DNA of 64,000 nucleotides from an uncultured virus (IMG/VR IMGVR_UViG_3300021963_006528) (Duplodnaviria; Heunggongvirae; Uroviricota; Caudoviricetes): IMG/VR virus record IMGVR_UViG_3300021963_006528; one strand, given 5' to 3'. Positions 59,172 to 64,000 of this stretch are shown in pieces. Numbering within the stretch: the first letter of the stretch is position 1; each line of letters begins with the position of its first letter. The notes beneath the pieces were generated by a model that was not told the origin of the DNA, did not search any database, and saw only the letters and a list, made by a program, of their open reading frames with translations. The position numbers and the translations under genes were made by a program.

Positions 59172-60531
59172 TACAGTAACTACTTCTAGAGTATCTGATG
59201 GTACCATTTTGTATTGGAAAACTACAGGCAACACTACCAACTCTGACATTGTAGGTGGTAATACTGGATCAATTACGATTACAAATAATCAAGCCGTGTT
59301 TAATGTCACAATGGCAGCTGATGAAAGTCCTGATGGTACCAAATCATTAGGCATTGCTTTATTAACCGGATCACAAAATGGACCAACGGTAGCTGCTACA
59401 GATCCTAACATACCAATTATGATTAATGATACTTCAAATACACCTCCAGCTGCATACAAATTATTTGTTGTTGGCCAAAACGGTAGTGGCCAATTAGGAC
59501 TCAATAACACAGTTAATAAATCCAGTCCAACACAAGTAGGAACAGAAACCAATTGGAGTCAAATTGATGGAACAAATGAGATGGTTGGTGGAATTAAAAC
59601 TAATGGAACTTTATGGACATGGGGAAGTAATTTTCAAGGTCAATTGGGAATTGGAACACAAGTAGACCAGTCCAGTCCTGTCCAAGTTGGATCTTTAACA
59701 ACTTGGCGCAAAGCTATCTCTGGTTATCCTTATGCAATGCATTTTCTAAAAACTGATAATACTATATGGACATCCGGATCAAATAATGATCAGAGATTAG
59801 GTCTAACATCACTTGGAACTCCAAATAGAACTTTTAGTCCCAGACAAGTAGGATCTGATACAAATTGGAGTAATGTAGTTTCTGGTAGTGGTTTTTCTTT
59901 TGCCAATAAAACAACAGGTTCATTGTGGGCTTGGGGTCGATGTTATAGTGGAGAATTTGGAACAAGTCAAAATGCTCAAATATTATCTACTCCGACTCAA
60001 ATAGGGTCTTTAACGAATTGGACTGATAATATTATAATTGGTAATGGTACAGTTTTTGCAATTAAAAATGATGGTTCGTTATGGTCGTGGGGCATCAATG
60101 GTGTTGGCCAATTAGGATCAAACAATCTAACATACACAAATAGTCCAAATCAAGTTGGCACCAATACGAATTGGTCAAAAATTTCAGCACATTGGAATGC
60201 AACATTTGTAGCTGCTATTAAAACTGATGGAACTTTATGGACATGGGGCCAAAATGCTAACGGAGCTTTAGGTGCCAATGATATAGTTTATAGATCCAGC
60301 CCAACACAAGTAGGAACAGGAACAAATTGGGGAAATGTTTCAGTAACAAGTCAAAACATGATTGGAATTAAAACCGATGGCACACTATGGTTATGGGGAC
60401 GTAATAATTATGGCCAATTAGGATTCAATGATATAGTTAATAGATCCAGTCCAGTACAGGTTGGAACAGGAGCAAATTGGAGTTCTTCGTCTGGTGGATC
60501 GGCCACAAGCTTTTTCATTACAACTTATTAG
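59140..60531 (+). CDS. RCC1/BLIP-II beta-propeller protein with N-terminal Ig-like module (putative receptor-binding tip)
   Basis: Seven IKxDGxLWxWGxNxxGQLG...SSPxQVG repeats. Confidence 0.9.
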   Translation: MPVNESNTIQYTVTTSRVSDGTILYWKTTGNTTNSDIVGGNTGSITITNNQAVFNVTMAADESPDGTKSLGIALLTGSQNGPTVAATDPNIPIMINDTSNTPPAAYKLFVVGQNGSGQLGLNNTVNKSSPTQVGTETNWSQIDGTNEMVGGIKTNGTLWTWGSNFQGQLGIGTQVDQSSPVQVGSLTTWRKAISGYPYAMHFLKTDNTIWTSGSNNDQRLGLTSLGTPNRTFSPRQVGSDTNWSNVVSGSGFSFANKTTGSLWAWGRCYSGEFGTSQNAQILSTPTQIGSLTNWTDNIIIGNGTVFAIKNDGSLWSWGINGVGQLGSNNLTYTNSPNQVGTNTNWSKISAHWNATFVAAIKTDGTLWTWGQNANGALGANDIVYRSSPTQVGTGTNWGNVSVTSQNMIGIKTDGTLWLWGRNNYGQLGFNDIVNRSSPVQVGTGANWSSSSGGSATSFFITTY

Positions 60532-60536
60532 TGTAG

Positions 60537-60544
60537 AATAAATA
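60537..60544 (+). promoter_or_regulatory. Possible T4-type late promoter
   Basis: AATAAATA in the intergenic gap; AGGA RBS follows. Confidence 0.45.
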
Positions 60545-60566
60545 TAAAATAAAATCAGGATATTAA

Positions 60567-62225
60567 ATGTCATTTCCATTATCACCAACGAATAATCAAA
60601 TAGCATTAGTAAATGGTATTGAGTACTACTACAATACCACCAAAGGTGCGTGGTATCGCTATGGTGATGCGACAGCCAATGTAATTACTTCAAATACATT
60701 TCAAGTATTAAGTTCATTAGTATTCTTAGATACTACAAGTCAAAACACCGCATTTACTGGTACTGCAATTGATCCTACAGCAAGAATAATTGCTAACGCT
60801 GGTTTCTTGGCCGCTAATACTGCCGATCAAAGAGCAGTCACAAGTGGTTCGTATGCTAACAGTTCTTATATACATGCTAATGCGGCCTATGCAGAAGCTA
60901 ACTCCGCAAATATAACCGCACAAGCAGCTTTTAATACTGCTAACAATGCATCAGATACTTTTGCAAGAGCTCAAGCCAACGCAAGTTTTGGTGTTGCTAA
61001 TTCGGCATCAAGTTATGCTAATGGTGCTTTTGCGGCCGCCAATACTGCTGATCAAAGAGCTGTTACCTCAGGTTCATATGCTAATAGTTCTTATCTACAT
61101 GCCAATGCGGCCTATGCAGAAGCTAATTTAAGATATAGTACTAATGGTGGTACAATTTCTGGTGATGTAACAGTTACAGGCAATTTAACTGTATCGGGCC
61201 AAACAACTTATGCCAATAGTACTGTTATAAATCTTGGCGATGCCATCATTACTCTTAATGCAGATATTCCACAAGGATTCGCACCAACAGAAAATGCAGG
61301 TATTGAAATTGATCGTGGTTCATCTGATAACGTTTCTCTACTTTGGAATGAAACTTCTGACAAATGGACATTTACCAACGATGGTACAAATTACAGTTCA
61401 ATAGGTTCAGCAGCTGCCGAATCTTATGCTAATGGTGCCTTTGCAGCCGCTAATACCGCAGACCAAAGAGCAGTTACTTCTGGTGATTATGCTAACTCAG
61501 CTTTCGCTAAAGCAAATAGTGCGTTATCAAATACTAATTTAAATGTTTCAGGAACAATTAGAGCATTAAATCAAGGCGGCGATGAAGGTGGTGAATTTTT
61601 CTTAGACAAACCAGTAACCAATACATCTTTGGCAGCTGGTATAACAATTGATATTTTTCAAAATAAATTAAGAATTTTTGAAACTGGTGGTAGTGTTCGT
61701 GGTGTCTTTATTGACATAGCAAATAATGCCGCAGGAGGAGTTGGTACAGACTTATTAAATCCTACTGCAACACCTGATGCAGTAGCAAGAGCTACGGCTA
61801 ATGCAGCTTTTGGTGTTGCCAACTCAGCATCAAGTTATGCTAATGGAGCCTTTGCAGCTGCCAATACTGCCGATCAACGAGCAGTAACGAGTGGTTCATA
61901 TGCTAACTCCGCATATATTCATGCTAATGCGGCCTTTGCAGTTGCTAATAGTGCCAATGCTGCAGCTGGTTCTCCTATTGATGCCTTTGCACGAATTCAA
62001 GCCAATGCGGCCTTTGATAAAGCCAATTCAGGTGCAAGAGCAACCGCAAGTAACACAGCACCTACTGGTAATACAGTTGGTGATTTATGGTTAAGTTTAA
62101 CAGATGAAACATTATACATCTATTCATATGATGGTGTAAGTAATAATTGGGTTGATATTTCGGGACCAATATTAAGAACAAATGAAATACAAATTCAATA
62201 CACCATCACAGCTAATGCAAGTTAA
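60567..62225 (+). CDS. Fibre protein (heptad stalk)
   Basis: FPLSP.NNQ.ALVNG..Y N-module; ANTADQRAVTSGSY repeats; GDLW C-module; ends ITANAS. Confidence 0.8.
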   Translation: MSFPLSPTNNQIALVNGIEYYYNTTKGAWYRYGDATANVITSNTFQVLSSLVFLDTTSQNTAFTGTAIDPTARIIANAGFLAANTADQRAVTSGSYANSSYIHANAAYAEANSANITAQAAFNTANNASDTFARAQANASFGVANSASSYANGAFAAANTADQRAVTSGSYANSSYLHANAAYAEANLRYSTNGGTISGDVTVTGNLTVSGQTTYANSTVINLGDAIITLNADIPQGFAPTENAGIEIDRGSSDNVSLLWNETSDKWTFTNDGTNYSSIGSAAAESYANGAFAAANTADQRAVTSGDYANSAFAKANSALSNTNLNVSGTIRALNQGGDEGGEFFLDKPVTNTSLAAGITIDIFQNKLRIFETGGSVRGVFIDIANNAAGGVGTDLLNPTATPDAVARATANAAFGVANSASSYANGAFAAANTADQRAVTSGSYANSAYIHANAAFAVANSANAAAGSPIDAFARIQANAAFDKANSGARATASNTAPTGNTVGDLWLSLTDETLYIYSYDGVSNNWVDISGPILRTNEIQIQYTITANAS

Positions 62226-62266
62226 GGATTAAAAATGCCAGTTAATGAATCGAATACAATACAATA
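62211..62266 (+). repeat. 56-nt exact direct repeat spanning a fibre/tip gene junction (copy 2)
   Basis: Identical to 59116-59171. Confidence 0.92.
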
Positions 62267-63311
62267 CACAGTAACTACAACCAATACGGCTGATGGTACC
62301 ACTTTGTATTGGAAAACTACAGGCAACACTACCAATTCGGATATTGTTGGTGGCAATACAGGTTCTATATCAATTGTTAATAATCGAGCAATATTTAATG
62401 TTACTATTCTTGCTGATGAAAATACAGATGGAGCTAAAACTTTAGGTATTGCGGTGTCTACTGGATCTCAAGGCGGACCAACGGTAGTTACAACACCAAA
62501 TTTTATTACTATTAATGACACTTCAATATCTCCTGCTAATTTTACAGTTGAATATTTACTTATTGCTGGTGGCGGCGCTGGTGACGCAACAGGCGGTGGC
62601 GGTGCAGGAGGTGTGTTATATGGATCATTTTCTGCTAGAACAACATCACAATACACCCTTACTGTAGGTGCTGGCGGTGTAAACGCAAACGGAGCAAATT
62701 CAATTTTGTCTGGTCCCAATGATGTTTCTGCGATTGCAATTGGTGGAGGTCGAGGCGGAGGAGATTTTGCAAGATCCGGAGGATCTGGAGGTGGTGGCGG
62801 AGGATCTTATTCGGGTGGAGCTGGAACTTCTGGCCAAGGACAAAATGGTGGAGGAGGATACGCCGCCACATATTCTGGTGGTGGCGGTGGTGGTGCAGGT
62901 TCACCCGGTGTAACTGCAAGTTATTACTCTGCTGGAGCTGGTGGCTCAGGAACTAATGCATATAGTGCTTGGTTAAATGCAGTAAGTGAAGGAACCAGCG
63001 GATATACAGGTGGTGGTGGCGGTGGTGGCCAATTTACAACTTGTTGTGGATATCAAACAGCTGGCGGTGGATTTGGCGGCGGAGGAAGTGGAGGTGTTAG
63101 TAGTGGCAGCAACGGACAATACAATACCGGTAGTGGTGGCGGTGGCTCTGGCAGTAATCCTGGAAGCGGAGCATCTGGATTAATTTTGTTACGTTGGAAT
63201 GCATCAGTCGATAGTAATGGAGTGCCAATTAATTCTACTGGTGGATCAAATTATACTTCAGGTGGTTATACATATAGAAAATTTAATAGTTCAGGAACAT
63301 TTACAGCTTAA
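62235..63311 (+). CDS. Glycine-rich domain protein with N-terminal Ig-like module (putative adhesin tip)
   Basis: First ~95 aa paralogous to 59140; VEYLLIAGGG.G...GGGGAGG; poly-Gly; GSGASG..ILR...FNSSGTF. Confidence 0.85.
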   Translation: MPVNESNTIQYTVTTTNTADGTTLYWKTTGNTTNSDIVGGNTGSISIVNNRAIFNVTILADENTDGAKTLGIAVSTGSQGGPTVVTTPNFITINDTSISPANFTVEYLLIAGGGAGDATGGGGAGGVLYGSFSARTTSQYTLTVGAGGVNANGANSILSGPNDVSAIAIGGGRGGGDFARSGGSGGGGGGSYSGGAGTSGQGQNGGGGYAATYSGGGGGGAGSPGVTASYYSAGAGGSGTNAYSAWLNAVSEGTSGYTGGGGGGGQFTTCCGYQTAGGGFGGGGSGGVSSGSNGQYNTGSGGGGSGSNPGSGASGLILLRWNASVDSNGVPINSTGGSNYTSGGYTYRKFNSSGTFTA

Positions 63312-63322
63312 AAGGAAATGCA

Positions 63323-63703
63323 ATGAGTCATTTTGCAAAAGTAGAAAATGGAATAGTAACACAAGTTATTGTTATTGAGCAAAACGCTCTCAATACAGGT
63401 TATTGGGGTGATCCAGCATCTTGGGTACAAACTTCATATAACACACATGGTGGTGTTCACTCTAATGGTGGAACTCCGTTACGTAAAAACTACGCTGGTG
63501 TTGGCTACACATATGATTCGGTTCGAGATGCTTTTGTTCCACCAAAGCCATATTCTTCATGGGTATTAAATGAAGATACATGTTTATGGGAAGCACCAAT
63601 ACCAATGCCTGCACCAAAAGGTAATATAGTATATATTTGGAATGAAAACACAGTTTCTTGGACAGAATATAATCCTGAAGCCATTCACGAAACAACAGAA
63701 TAA
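63323..63703 (+). CDS. Conserved phage protein typically following Gly-rich fibre tips
   Basis: MSHFAKV...WVQTSYN...RKNYAGVGYTYD..RDAF.PPKPY.SW.LNE.TC.WEAP. Confidence 0.8.
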   Translation: MSHFAKVENGIVTQVIVIEQNALNTGYWGDPASWVQTSYNTHGGVHSNGGTPLRKNYAGVGYTYDSVRDAFVPPKPYSSWVLNEDTCLWEAPIPMPAPKGNIVYIWNENTVSWTEYNPEAIHETTE

Positions 63704-63706
63704 ATA
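63699..63706 (+). promoter_or_regulatory. Possible T4-type late promoter
   Basis: AATAAATA, 23 nt before ATG 63730. Confidence 0.4.
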
Positions 63707-63729
63707 AAGAATACACTTAGGAATATTAC

Positions 63730-64000
63730 ATGCCATTCCCATTATCACCAGCAAATAACCAAACTGCCCTCGTAAACGGCATTGTTTATCAATGGAACAA
63801 CACACTTGGTACATGGAAAAGAAATGGTTCCGTAACATCAATTAGCGCTGGTCAATTACTTTTAACTTCAGCACAAACATCTATTACTAACGGATCAGGT
63901 TCGTTAATTGTTTCAGGTGGTGCTGGTATTTCAGGCAATCTCTACTCAGGCGGAATCTATATTACAGGTTCTGCAAATGGCATTACATTCTCAGATAGTA
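63730..64000 (+). CDS. Fibre protein, 5' partial (runs off the window)
   Basis: MPFPLSPANNQTALVNGIVYQWNN..GTW... is paralogous to the 60567 N-terminus; GSLIVSGGAGISGNL fibre repeat. Confidence 0.8.
   Translation, partial: MPFPLSPANNQTALVNGIVYQWNNTLGTWKRNGSVTSISAGQLLLTSAQTSITNGSGSLIVSGGAGISGNLYSGGIYITGSANGITFSDS

Noticed and set aside
1..64000. tRNA/rRNA genes, introns, homing endonucleases, integrases
   Set aside because: Intergenic gaps are very short and I recognised none by eye; a tRNAscan/Infernal run would be needed to be certain.

Overview
This is an AT-rich 64 kb segment of a T4-like myovirus (Tevenvirinae/Kyanoviridae-style gene set), probably an uncultured aquatic phage; the host cannot be determined from sequence. 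(1) 24-3813 is a replication/late-transcription block: SleB-type hydrolase, dsbA, gp33, gp59, HAD nucleotidase, gp32. (2) 3857-8139 is a minus-strand tail block: gp4, gp2, a tube-type protein, gp26, an uncalled gp51, and a tape-measure/lysozyme-like gene. A U-UUU-UUC slippery site there could fuse gp26 and gp51 by -1 frameshift. (3) 8172-30196 holds baseplate genes (48, 53, 27-like, split gp5, 25, 6, 7, 8), a 2066-aa VrlC-like protein and a tail fibre. (4) 30203-49043 is an ~19 kb enzyme island between fibre genes. It encodes nine radical SAM enzymes, a small fibre-like protein whose (CxCN)x4 array abuts a peptidase-S74 autocleavage site, glycosyltransferase-like proteins, an NDP-sugar dehydrogenase/dehydratase/aminotransferase/amidinotransferase/epimerase set, two deacetylases and an ErpA-type Fe-S carrier. 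This is the best candidate for an undescribed system (phage-encoded post-translational modification of virion proteins). (5) 49098-64000 is a modular array of Ala/Asn-heptad fibre genes with shared adaptor modules. It includes two fibre/tip gene pairs joined by an identical 56-nt in-frame junction that appears to split an Ig-like domain between two polypeptides. All annotations are by motif recognition and synteny; no searches were run.
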